Part shown: positions 17,401-25,931 of the stretch, one piece after another
Layout: the number at the start of each line of letters is the position of its first letter
Numbering within the stretch: position 1 is the first letter of the stretch
Source: a virus
Taxonomy: Duplodnaviria; Caudoviricetes
Length of the DNA stretch: 38,079 nt
Direction: 5' to 3' (one strand)
IMG/VR virus record: IMGVR_UViG_3300035661_000166
Coordinates: 1-38,079 of that record
Program-made: the position numbers and the translations under genes
The notes under the pieces: model-generated
The model's input: only the letters and a program-made list of their open reading frames with translations
What the model was told of the DNA's origin: nothing
The model's database searches: none

Positions 17401-18124
17401 GAGCGGTCTTGATATCCGCTACTTTTCCCTTCAACCCCTTCACAACTTCAGCAGCCTTAGCGGGACCAAGGATCATCAATCCATCTTCCATCTCTTGCAC
17501 ATAAGAAGCAGCCTCTTTTCCGAAATGCTTCTCGGTGTATTCGATAGGTTTAGCCAGCATTTCTCCAATATGGTTTTGGATTTGCTGTGCAGCACTCTTA
17601 TCTACAATATGTTTATCTTTATATAGGAGATCGACCATCTTACCATAGCCACCAAAGAAACGGTCAAAATGTTCGTGTGCATCCTTGACAGCATCTTGGG
17701 CAGCGGTACCTGCATGGATGTCTGGATTAATAGTAGAGAGAACTAGCCTATTAATAGTCCCACTCACTTCATCAACAGTACGAGCAACGAAAGGGACACC
17801 ACCTGCCACTAGATCAAGAATAGATGCAGCAGTACCTACTACCTTCTGGGTAGTAGTCTCTTCTGGTTCTTTTACAACCTTAGCCGTAGAAGGATCAAAG
17901 CCACTTTTTTTATCGGGTCTTTCACCTTTAATAGGGTCAGCGGTGGATGGGTCAAATACCTGCCCATGCTTTCCCATAGGTTTACCGTTCCAGCTAAGAG
18001 CAGGTGCAGGTTTCCCCGCCTCAATATCATCTATAGTCTTCTGCATACTTGGATTAGAAGAATGCAGAGTCAGGTTCTCTTGAGAGGGTTCCACAAGTTT
18101 GGCAGTAGATGGATCAAAAGCCAT
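14486..18124 (-). CDS. Large ejection (internal virion) protein with an ADP-ribosyltransferase domain
   Basis: Size and position after two other ejection-like genes; FDPSTA repeats; LYHGT...GVYLA...YA...GYDG...EVVVFDP; start set at the TAATG-coupled ATG. Confidence 0.8.
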   Translation of the reverse strand: MAFDPSTAKLVEPSQENLTLHSSNPSMQKTIDDIEAGKPAPALSWNGKPMGKHGQVFDPSTADPIKGERPDKKSGFDPSTAKVVKEPEETTTQKVVGTAASILDLVAGGVPFVARTVDEVSGTINRLVLSTINPDIHAGTAAQDAVKDAHEHFDRFFGGYGKMVDLLYKDKHIVDKSAAQQIQNHIGEMLAKPIEYTEKHFGKEAASYVQEMEDGLMILGPAKAAEVVKGLKGKVADIKTAPEHVPEGDLAKQAEDIKTATKVNPPAEEPSVPPPTEGSVEAPKRVEEPVAEITNTTERSKQESLDAAWNEHMKEAQPKDLSVREKAFLETFPEFKDSVIKDEEGRLVTLYHGTNTHIPGGVPTKGRGLYGSGVYLAEGKVRAGGYAKSPEGGTMYPAHVNLKNPISEEQFVREFGKKSRTPAEDEQIRQTLIDRGYDGLVMKFGNKYHEVVVFDPKNVKSAISPLKGTKDLFKEKGQANVKVLAGMALVSGAATAGYIASPEGQKVEGAVLAGIGSIVLAGSLPKAASLLKNDFRKAVFKAALPTSMVAAGVYYNPDRKIEGALAGLGLWGWGELPAAKSIQSGDLFRVNYNNKIAMERLYTNMANKIKVKIPDQTRRVEVISAYEKGTLDNIKLQPHEKEVVDAWKSMMDSFAVAAKDAGIMSGFIENYVPHIVEKLGQDGLAAQVKDLLGFSQDGAGGSRRFTKERKYDTFQELNAALEGSGLQVKTMDPSEILPIYGRAMTKAIEDKNLIEGLKGAAVAGDKLSARLVQPTDKAPSDYKSIEGISILNGLRVHPEIVDPLKVLLKGRTTNELAKAAVNVNAAIKRLGVSFSLFHGKSLIEAALLAGGRKAVSPDGVKAALYMFHNGGLGDNMDFLIREGGLVMKHPSDVDVQSIEKVGKLVDELTGTKIAGKTAKKFDAVQSKVDRLTWEIAHTGLKGNLALTLLHQWDSTKSFMGKDFSNLTREQAARQISSFINDTFGGLNWYQVFEESRTAMGRKLAAGLLNPKGRDMLQLAIFAPDWTLSTLRAWYKAIPGYSGDLNNVLAAKYVMRTAIIYGGILNAANYALVGRPIWDNKDKTRLDLPDGRSMQVIKHSAEATELLQNPSKFLSNKLSFFPQAGLIALGGKAYLNGPPVDSKLAAILGKVEPFGAQSMLGTTSSSLMNERMQRAIAGEFGFGLYGQTKEDKMERIRQQARKARKEAKRKSTQ

Positions 18125-19398
18125 TATTGTACTGCCACCCATTTACCATTCTCGTACTTAGCTTTGTTGCCGTTAGCATCGATATAGACCTTACCTTCTT
18201 CAAACTGGGAAGAATTACTCTTCGTAGAAGTTGGTGCTACATTTAGACCATTCCGTCTCCAATCCTCCTGCATCTGTTCTTTATAGTTATTATAAGAATC
18301 TGTTAGCCTTTTAATCTGGTTTGCAACGTCTGTTTTATATTGGGAGTCTGCTTTCATACTGTTATATTCAGACATCAATTTGTTGTACTGAGACATATAT
18401 TGTGAATGCACTTTATCCCGTTCTGCTATAGCTTGCTGTATAGTAAATCCTTTCGACCCACCAGTAGCAGAGGTACCACGACCGCCTGTGTACTTCTGAG
18501 CCTTAAGGGCTTCTGCTTTAGCCTTAATCATATTAGCAGTAGCATTAGTTTCAGCAGCAGAAGCCTTTGCTCTATCAAACTCACTCAGAATCTCATTCTT
18601 TCTAGCAGCGTCTTCTGCTTTCATTCTATTAGTAGCAAGCTCCATCTGATCCTTAACAGACATAGTTATATTCTTTACAACTTGTTTCTTGGCTGCAAGA
18701 TCAGGTGCCATTAAAACAGCCATCTTTAATTGTTTTATCTTATTAGGGTCCCCACCTTGTATACGGTCAAGTGCAGAAAAAATATCTTGTTCATTTTGAG
18801 CAGCATCCACAGTACGAGCAACTTCTTCTATACCCTGTGAGGTCCTGTTCATATAGTCTTGTACATCAGCTCTATAGTTTCCCTTAGCAATCTCCGCCAA
18901 CTGACTATAGTGCTCAAATACTTTAGGGCTACCCATCTTAGCCGCTATCTGAGCAGCTTGTCTATACATACCCTCATTATTACGAGGGGGTGTTAGATCA
19001 ACAGAGGGTTGTTCAGGTTTGTCTTGTGAGAAACCAGCAGGAGTTTTAGGTTGTTGTTGTTGTGCAGCAGGAGTGCTACCCTTATCCTGCAAAGGAAGGC
19101 TAGGTTGAGAGCCAGTAGGAACAGTGGGAGGGGTACCCTGTGCAGGAGTACCTGCTGAAGGTGTAGGCGTGCCCGTAGAGGGGTCTGTAAAGCCCGTAGG
19201 GGCTGCCGGGGCACCTGGCGAGGGGTTAGTACTAGGTTGATTCACAAAAGCCGCTAGAGAGGCTTTCTCAGCGTTTATATCAGCTACCCCTTGAATGGCT
19301 TGTGCCTGTTGTAGATTCTGTTGAGCAAAGACATTGGCCATGTTGCCAATATTTTCACCAGATTTTAAGCCTTCATCAAAAGCCTGTGTCATTAGCAT
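18124..19398 (-). CDS. Putative ejection/DNA-transfer protein
   Basis: Q/P/T-rich N-terminal half, helical A/K-rich C-terminal half; synteny. Confidence 0.7.
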   Translation of the reverse strand: MLMTQAFDEGLKSGENIGNMANVFAQQNLQQAQAIQGVADINAEKASLAAFVNQPSTNPSPGAPAAPTGFTDPSTGTPTPSAGTPAQGTPPTVPTGSQPSLPLQDKGSTPAAQQQQPKTPAGFSQDKPEQPSVDLTPPRNNEGMYRQAAQIAAKMGSPKVFEHYSQLAEIAKGNYRADVQDYMNRTSQGIEEVARTVDAAQNEQDIFSALDRIQGGDPNKIKQLKMAVLMAPDLAAKKQVVKNITMSVKDQMELATNRMKAEDAARKNEILSEFDRAKASAAETNATANMIKAKAEALKAQKYTGGRGTSATGGSKGFTIQQAIAERDKVHSQYMSQYNKLMSEYNSMKADSQYKTDVANQIKRLTDSYNNYKEQMQEDWRRNGLNVAPTSTKSNSSQFEEGKVYIDANGNKAKYENGKWVAVQ

Positions 19399-19403
19399 GA
19401 TAG

Positions 19404-20000
19404 TTACCAGGGGGTAGTAGTTGGTTGGTATACAACTGAATTTGTATTGGTATAACTTGGATCAGTATTCCACCCACTATTAAGATTTGGGTTATTAGAA
19501 GCACTGCCAGAATTATAGCTATTATAGAGACTACCTAATCCACCTGCAATCTGACCAAGACCAGCATACTGATTCTGTTGTGCAGTCTGTTGAGCATTAT
19601 AAGCAGATTGAGCGCCACCAAGGGGTGAAGAAGATGCACCAGACATTTGAGAAAGGTTACTGATCATTTGTTGGTAGTAATTACCAGCCTGATTCATGCC
19701 GAGGTTTTGAAGAGCGATTTGTTGGTTGCCAGAACCAACCTGTCCAGTAGCCGCCATACCAGCATTAACAGTATTCATACCCTGTTGTAGTTGAGAAGCA
19801 AAACCAGGAGAAGAGTAAGCTGTCTCTGGGTGCGTCAAAAGGTTATTCAACTGTTGAGCGTTACCTGCCCTATAAGGTGCATAGGGATCGTATGTAGAGG
19901 CACTGCCCCCACCTCCCCCACCTCCCCCGCCTCCACTATTAGAAAGCGCGTTAACCCCCGCAGCAATACCAACAACTGAAGCAACTACTGAAGCAGACAT
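19404..20000 (-). CDS. Putative ejection/pilot protein
   Basis: Hydrophobic N-terminus, 10-Gly run, DPYAPY, SPGF, G/Q/N/S-rich composition. Confidence 0.75.
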   Translation of the reverse strand: MSASVVASVVGIAAGVNALSNSGGGGGGGGGGSASTYDPYAPYRAGNAQQLNNLLTHPETAYSSPGFASQLQQGMNTVNAGMAATGQVGSGNQQIALQNLGMNQAGNYYQQMISNLSQMSGASSSPLGGAQSAYNAQQTAQQNQYAGLGQIAGGLGSLYNSYNSGSASNNPNLNSGWNTDPSYTNTNSVVYQPTTTPW

Positions 20001-20891
20001 TTAATCACCCATCCAAAGATTATTCATTTTCATTATATACCGATAGTCTATAGTGAGTTCATCACCAAGAACACCACCACGCATTCCCTCTATCTGTTTA
20101 TCTGCTATAAGGTAAATATCTTCATTGGTATTGAAGACAACTGTGCAGTTTGGGTTTTTAGAATGATTAACCAAATACCCTGCTGGCGTTCTCTTCCCAT
20201 TAAGCCTCATTGGGGCGATAGACATTCCTTTGAGGAATGGTGCAGTGGCGAATAGACCTTTACCGTGAATAGGAGAATCAGAAGGACAAACCATGTAAGT
20301 ACCATCTGGAAAAGGTATCTTATCTTCAGAGTAGTTTACCACCTTCTGTACATCCTCTTCTGTCCATCCAGACTCTTCAAGAACTTTTAAGTAATCTTGT
20401 CGGTCCTCTTCATGATCTTCTTTAGCAGAAGCTAATCGACGTTGTTTAAGCTCCTCCCAAGAATCAAACCCCTTAAACAGGGTTTTCTCTAGGACTTCGA
20501 CATCTGTTTCTGTTGTAGCGTAGATATTTTGCCACACAACATCTTCAAGGATATACCCAACCTTGCTTCCCGGTTGAGCTACAAAGATAAAAGGGGCTAC
20601 GAGTTCTTTAGCTATACCACCATCTGAAACAAGTATCCTACCTTTAAGTAGGATGTTCATATGTGCATGGTAATGATCCTGACCAACCACAAGAGTACCA
20701 GCAGGATAGTGAGCCTCTCTGATATAGATACCTGGACCAAACCTATGATAGACTGGGCACTCAACTTGCGGTTTATCGTAAAGAGCTACTGCTAGTGCTT
20801 CCTTGCTTTCAACAGAAGTAATATCAAAGTTCTCCTGTTGTGTTACTGCAAGAACAGCCTGATCGTTAGCTTTCTCCAACATTGAAGTCAA
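20001..20891 (-). CDS. Cupin-like plus SET-domain fusion protein
   Basis: N: HRFGPGIYIRE...PAGTLVVGQDHYHAHMNILLKG; C: SPIHGKGLFA, LVNHSKNPNC, GDELTIDY. Confidence 0.85.
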   Translation of the reverse strand: MTSMLEKANDQAVLAVTQQENFDITSVESKEALAVALYDKPQVECPVYHRFGPGIYIREAHYPAGTLVVGQDHYHAHMNILLKGRILVSDGGIAKELVAPFIFVAQPGSKVGYILEDVVWQNIYATTETDVEVLEKTLFKGFDSWEELKQRRLASAKEDHEEDRQDYLKVLEESGWTEEDVQKVVNYSEDKIPFPDGTYMVCPSDSPIHGKGLFATAPFLKGMSIAPMRLNGKRTPAGYLVNHSKNPNCTVVFNTNEDIYLIADKQIEGMRGGVLGDELTIDYRYIMKMNNLWMGD

Positions 20892-22398
20892 TTTCTGCTG
20901 CCTCTATTCTGATAGGTTGGTTATCTGTACTTAGGAACTCCCAAGCCCTGCGGCGAGAGCTTCCTAGTTGATGTACCTTTGCTCGTTCTGCCATCAGGTT
21001 TACTTGCCTAGAACCTGACCAGTTCTGGTAATCATCTTGTGTGTATCGGATATTCATTGTAGCAGGAACTTTGTCACCTACTATTTCCACTTCATTATAG
21101 AACTTACGTTTAGTAGTTCCACCATCAAGTAGAGGAGTTACAACACGGAAGAAGATAGGTTGACCATTATCTTCATACGTGTCATCACTCATTGAGTATA
21201 CAGAGCCATTAGTATAATCTAATAGATAGTATACCTGATTAGGTCCAAAGTTACCAGAATAAAAAGAAGGAGAAAAGAATTGTTCTTTATAAACACCATT
21301 ACTATCCTTAGTATATGTAGTCCATTGTACCCAAAACTTCTCGTTCACGTCATATACTATTGTAACATTTAAATCAAGCAGTGTCAAGATATAGAAAGTA
21401 TGTCCATTGTATTTAAAAGTATAGGAGTAGACAGTATTTAGAGTGCTATTAGAGAGTATTCTATCTACATTAGCTGTAGATATTTTAGTAGGAGAAATAC
21501 CTTCAAGTAGATAGACACCAGGGCCAGTACTCTTAGACTGGCCTACCCAGATAATAGATTGGTCTATCTGTGTAATTGAACCACCATTAGGGCAGCCGAT
21601 CTCGAAACCATAAGGTGCAGCAGGAAGCAGAGGAGATGCGGGGGGAGCTGTACCCGCATCGTAGAAGAAGTTGGTAGACCACTGACTAAATGCGGCAACA
21701 TAATTTAGATGTTTACAAATACCAGTTAGTTGGTCTGGTTCTGCTTCAGAGGTAATATAACCAAGGGCACTCCATGTTGTCGGGTCATTAACACCACTAG
21801 ACCACAACTTACCGTCTGGGGTACCAACGATAATATAAGTATCGAGGTAAGCCACACCCGGAACCAAAGGTCCGGTAGGGAAGGCATTAAGAAGCACCTG
21901 TGCAGTAGCCCCAGACCCCGTAGTATCGGTTATATGAACTGGTTGTGTACCTATGTAGCCAGACCCCCCAGAATAGATCGTAGAGTCTGTTATAACACCC
22001 CCTGAGACTATCAACCCGATACTGGCAGTCCTACCCGCATAAGCGATAGTTGCAGTACCATCGGTAGCTTGTCCAGTAGTAAAGGTGGGCATGGTACTTC
22101 CAGTAGTACCTGTAACTACTACAGTATATAGATTACCACCAGCAGCTAATTGTTGTCCAGTTGTCACACCCAGAGAAGCAGTCCAAGGGATACCTACAAT
22201 AGCAACAGGAGTAGTGGAATAGCCACTCCCACCAGATAGAACTGTAAATGTAGATACACAATCATTAGTCAGTTCAATAAGACCAGACCTACCACCATAA
22301 GGCCCAGAAGGCCAAATAGAGGACTGATACCGTGAACTATACACATAACCATTTTGTTGGTTATGCATAAAGAGAATACTGTCAAAAGTAACTGTCAT
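20866..22398 (-). CDS. Tail nozzle / packaged-DNA stabilisation protein (P22 gp10-like), lacking its N-terminus
   Basis: Propeller-like motifs YLDTYIIVG, WSSGVNDPTTW, IGC, KIST, YTFKYNGHTFYIL, TIVYD..W, QLGSSRRRAWE. Confidence 0.8.
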   Translation of the reverse strand: MTVTFDSILFMHNQQNGYVYSSRYQSSIWPSGPYGGRSGLIELTNDCVSTFTVLSGGSGYSTTPVAIVGIPWTASLGVTTGQQLAAGGNLYTVVVTGTTGSTMPTFTTGQATDGTATIAYAGRTASIGLIVSGGVITDSTIYSGGSGYIGTQPVHITDTTGSGATAQVLLNAFPTGPLVPGVAYLDTYIIVGTPDGKLWSSGVNDPTTWSALGYITSEAEPDQLTGICKHLNYVAAFSQWSTNFFYDAGTAPPASPLLPAAPYGFEIGCPNGGSITQIDQSIIWVGQSKSTGPGVYLLEGISPTKISTANVDRILSNSTLNTVYSYTFKYNGHTFYILTLLDLNVTIVYDVNEKFWVQWTTYTKDSNGVYKEQFFSPSFYSGNFGPNQVYYLLDYTNGSVYSMSDDTYEDNGQPIFFRVVTPLLDGGTTKRKFYNEVEIVGDKVPATMNIRYTQDDYQNWSGSRQVNLMAERAKVHQLGSSRRRAWEFLSTDNQPIRIEAAEIDFNVGES

Positions 22399-22739
22399 GT
22401 GAATCGTTCAGTCATTAGGGTTTGAGTATAGTAACACTGTTTAAATTCACTGGTAAGGGCACCGCCAGATGTTAATTGACCTATCTGTGTATAGGTAGAA
22501 CCATTTATAGAGTAAAGAGTATTCTGAAGAACAGCATAAAAGTTCCCATCAAAGTTTAGAATACACTGCCCAATCTTAAATGGAAATACAAGAACAGTTG
22601 ATATCCCAGGACGCTTAATACCAACAGTGATGTTTTGTTCTATTGTCTCGGGATACCCATTAACCATTTTAGCATCAATATTTAATGTGCCATCTCTTGT
22701 TTCGATGTCTTGGGCAAGTGGGATACGTTCTCTGCTCAT
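22395..22739 (-). CDS. Stand-alone N-terminal module of the nozzle protein
   Basis: ERIPL...RDGTL..D.KMVNGY.E...KRPG; ATGA-coupled to 20866..22398. Confidence 0.75.
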   Translation of the reverse strand: MSRERIPLAQDIETRDGTLNIDAKMVNGYPETIEQNITVGIKRPGISTVLVFPFKIGQCILNFDGNFYAVLQNTLYSINGSTYTQIGQLTSGGALTSEFKQCYYTQTLMTERFT

Positions 22740-23320
22740 GATACAAATTTAAATTGAAAACGTAGTTGTGTATTCATACCAATCTTTTCCAATTCTGCTG
22801 GTACACCAATTTTAAGCAAATACTCAATAGTATAACGATCCCGTTCCCTACGCATATAAAGGTTATTACTACGAGTGTATGCTAGTATAATATCATTATT
22901 TATAGTTTCTAATTGTCTCTTGTCATCCAAGGCTACTCTAGGGGTCTTGTATGTACTTCCGTAAATCGTTGTAGTATACCCTGGGATAGTCGAGTCATAC
23001 CAGTAAAACTTAGCTGAACCATTTTCTACATATGCAATCTGATACCGCATATTCTGATCGAAGGTAAAGCTAACTTCTGTACAGTTTACTAGACCACTTA
23101 ATGCAACAAACTCGGGAGTATTGGGAGCAGAAAGAAGTATCTGAGTTTTATCTGTACTGATTCTTGCAGACCAAATCTGATAGAACCATCCGTCTACTGC
23201 TGACCCGATAGCAAATCCTCCATCTTCAAAATCTACTTCTTTGGTTACACTGAGATTACGAGCACCTAGAAAAGTACCGGGAAGGTTGACAATAGAGAGA
23301 GCATTACCCTGAAAGGCCAT
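22736..23320 (-). CDS. Tail fibre/adsorption accessory protein
   Basis: VSFTFDQNM, FYWYDS, VALDDKR, DIILAY, RDRY motifs recalled from phage tail-fibre accessory proteins. Confidence 0.65.
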   Translation of the reverse strand: MAFQGNALSIVNLPGTFLGARNLSVTKEVDFEDGGFAIGSAVDGWFYQIWSARISTDKTQILLSAPNTPEFVALSGLVNCTEVSFTFDQNMRYQIAYVENGSAKFYWYDSTIPGYTTTIYGSTYKTPRVALDDKRQLETINNDIILAYTRSNNLYMRRERDRYTIEYLLKIGVPAELEKIGMNTQLRFQFKFVS

Positions 23321-24219
23321 CAGATTCTAGTGAATGTATGTGTAAAATTAAGGGTCAAGGTATTACTTGATGTTTTAGGTATTGCAGGAGAGAAGCCATA
23401 TTGCCAAGCAGTGTTTCCTGCAAAATAGAATGTCAAGGCAGAAATACCCCCTGTTACATTCCCTTGCGACGGTGGGAGAGATAATGCATATGTAACAACA
23501 CCACCAGATGCAGAAGACGTCATATATGTTGATCCCACGCCAGTATTAGAAGTACCTCCAGTAATACTGGATGTTATTCCTTGAATAACCCCATTCGATA
23601 CCATTAAATTAGAGGTGGCCTGTCCATTTAAAGCATAATAGGGTGACCATCCAGTATTACCAGCATAAGCTGCACGGCTGGTCCAGTTATAAGTAATACT
23701 ATTTAATACCACCGTACCTGTATTATCTGTTAGCGGGGGGTTGATATAGGCGGTATAGTAAACATAAAGATATTCATTTGAAAGAACAGTGATTGTAGTT
23801 GGGCTCCCTACACCATCTACAATTAAAGCTCGACTGTATAAAGTAGAGCCTGTAGTCGCCCACCCCACGCCAATCTCTGACAGGTTTCCCGCAGCAACAC
23901 CAAGACCAAATTGATATGTCATAGTAAGGGAGGCTGTATATGGGGAACTAGCTAAAGCAGTAGTAGAATAAGTTGTATATGATACACTAGCAATTTGAGA
24001 TACCAATTGTGTATCAGAAGTAGTTGGAATAGTATTACCTGTACCGACTCGTGCATAAGTAGTGCTTAAAAGGAAATTATTAGTTTGAATTTGAGTGAAC
24101 CCGATATCAGTAATCAGATTATCAAACTCTATCACTTGTTTAAGTGAATGGTCTTCCCGACGAACTTCACATTTAAACCGACCACCGATTTGTGTCGTAA
24201 TGGGTATATTAAGTTGCAT
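23320..24219 (-). CDS. Tail fibre/adsorption protein
   Basis: NLITD.G, VGTGN, GNLSEIGVG, SRALI, TITVL..EYL.V.Y; T/S/G-rich C-terminal domain. Confidence 0.7.
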   Translation of the reverse strand: MQLNIPITTQIGGRFKCEVRREDHSLKQVIEFDNLITDIGFTQIQTNNFLLSTTYARVGTGNTIPTTSDTQLVSQIASVSYTTYSTTALASSPYTASLTMTYQFGLGVAAGNLSEIGVGWATTGSTLYSRALIVDGVGSPTTITVLSNEYLYVYYTAYINPPLTDNTGTVVLNSITYNWTSRAAYAGNTGWSPYYALNGQATSNLMVSNGVIQGITSSITGGTSNTGVGSTYMTSSASGGVVTYALSLPPSQGNVTGGISALTFYFAGNTAWQYGFSPAIPKTSSNTLTLNFTHTFTRI

Positions 24220-24221
24220 GA

Positions 24222-24947
24222 TTAGGTTAGTGATCCACTAGATATAGTCGAAGAGGTTACAGAATACCCCTCTGGTGCATAATATGTATAAGTAATTACA
24301 TCATTTATTAGAGACCCAGAAGTGATAGAAGAGGCACTGGCAGAAAGACCCTCTGGTGCATAATTATTATAATAAACAGCAGTTGTAACTAAGGTTCCAC
24401 TACTAATGCTTGAAGTACCTACTGAGTATCCTTCTGGTGCATAGTTGTTATATGATAAAACACCTGTTAGTAGGGAACCAGAGGATATTGCAGATTGTGT
24501 TACAGAGAACCCTTCAATAGCAAATGGACTATATGCAGGAGTAGCTGAACTACTTGTAACTGATAGTCCATCTCTATTCTCAAGGGGATATAGTGTAGAG
24601 GTTAAGATAACCTCTGGCACAGAGAAAGAACCAGATTGGGTAAAGTAACAAACAGCTACAGCTTCATTAAGAGTACCAATGAGTTCATAAATACCATTCC
24701 AGTGTATTTTAAATACTTGGTTTTCTACAACTGCAATAGTGTCCCCGACAAAGTTATACATCCCTTGACCGACACTACGTCCACCACTCGCAGGTAAGGT
24801 TGTAAGTACAGAATATCCTGGACGCTTTACAATACGTTCTTTTTGTTTTAAAGTCTCTTTATAGCCATTTACAACTCGAGAATCTTTATAGAGTGTACCG
24901 TCTCTGGATCGAATCTGTTGTAAGAGCGATATACGTTCTGTTGGCAT
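24222..24947 (-). CDS. Second nozzle-type N-terminal module fused to 27-aa Ser/Thr-rich repeats
   Basis: First ~105 aa paralogous to 22395..22739; then about four YAPEG.S..SS.ISSG.L repeats. Confidence 0.8.
   Translation of the reverse strand: MPTERISLLQQIRSRDGTLYKDSRVVNGYKETLKQKERIVKRPGYSVLTTLPASGGRSVGQGMYNFVGDTIAVVENQVFKIHWNGIYELIGTLNEAVAVCYFTQSGSFSVPEVILTSTLYPLENRDGLSVTSSSATPAYSPFAIEGFSVTQSAISSGSLLTGVLSYNNYAPEGYSVGTSSISSGTLVTTAVYYNNYAPEGLSASASSITSGSLINDVITYTYYAPEGYSVTSSTISSGSLT
24225..24520. repeat. 81-bp coding tandem repeat (about four units)
   Basis: TCTGGTGCATA recurs at 81-nt spacing (about 24271, 24352, 24433). Confidence 0.85.
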
Positions 24948-25168
24948 TATGGTGTAAATTTATCTGCGGGTTCCGGTCTTGTCCAAGGAGGTGCTTGTAC
25001 ATCTGCTACACCACGTACAAAGTCCTGTGGATGACGCGGTTCCCAATCATCCTTACAGACCATCATACCATCCCACCTAGCCCTTAATTGGGACCCCTTA
25101 TATAGACGCCCACAGACATCGCATACAGCCTTCCAATCACCTCGGACATAGGTAGGTCTATAGCTCAT
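24947..25168 (-). CDS. Small Cys-motif protein typical of podovirus tail modules
   Basis: CDVCG...WDGMMVC..DWEPRHPQ. Confidence 0.85.
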   Translation of the reverse strand: MSYRPTYVRGDWKAVCDVCGRLYKGSQLRARWDGMMVCKDDWEPRHPQDFVRGVADVQAPPWTRPEPADKFTP

Positions 25169-25929
25169 AGTGATTTGCCTCCAGAACGCACCATAGAGCG
25201 TGTATCGGGGATAAAGAAGGTAGAGGTACTATCGGTATCCCAATCGGTCAGTTGAGCACGATAAGTATTAGCCCGTACAGCAATCTCTGCACGTGTGGGT
25301 GCAGGTACACCGTATTCAATAGCCATCTGGTCAGCGAGGTTCCAGACAAGACAGTTCATCCATTCTACGGGGAAGTCTGCTATATCCGTAGCATAGTTGA
25401 TATCCTGTAGGGGCATTTGACAGACTAGGTGTATCTGTAAATTAGCTGCTGTATAAGCATCAGGAGTAAGGTATACATAGAGATTGCCATAGGTAGTATT
25501 CATACGATAGTAAAGACTATTAGGGGTACCTTGACTGCCCGGAGAGCCTAGTATATTATAATCACTCCTAGCTAAGAGCTGAAGAGGTACTCTATTCTGT
25601 GGACTAATAGATGTATTCTGATACCAAGCTTGGAGTATAGTAATGGGGCGGTCTGTTACAACTGCACCACTAATAGCATCGTACATTGGATATGTATTAG
25701 TCCCGCCTAGTACATACAGGGTCTGTGTAGCAATAGGCGTAAAGTATACTTCCTGATTCTTCCAGAGTTTCAATCCCTCTACATCCATCTGTTTGATTAA
25801 CAGATTAAGGTTAAGAGAGGCATTCTGAATACTGGCTGCATCAGGGGTAGTACCAAGGTCTTGCACTCCAAGTTTACGGAGTGCCATCATTATTACTTGA
25901 TCTCTTGTTATGCTAAACGTAGTAGACAT
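25165..25929 (-). CDS. Head-tail adaptor
   Basis: ALRKLGV, LNL, GTPNSLYY, DFPVEW..CL.WNLA; position between capsid and nozzle genes. Confidence 0.8.
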   Translation of the reverse strand: MSTTFSITRDQVIMMALRKLGVQDLGTTPDAASIQNASLNLNLLIKQMDVEGLKLWKNQEVYFTPIATQTLYVLGGTNTYPMYDAISGAVVTDRPITILQAWYQNTSISPQNRVPLQLLARSDYNILGSPGSQGTPNSLYYRMNTTYGNLYVYLTPDAYTAANLQIHLVCQMPLQDINYATDIADFPVEWMNCLVWNLADQMAIEYGVPAPTRAEIAVRANTYRAQLTDWDTDSTSTFFIPDTRSMVRSGGKSL

Positions 25930-25931
25930 TT

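Noticed and set aside
24225-24520. Diversity-generating retroelement template/variable repeats
   Set aside because: Repeats are tandem and in frame, differences are not adenine-specific, and no reverse transcriptase is present.
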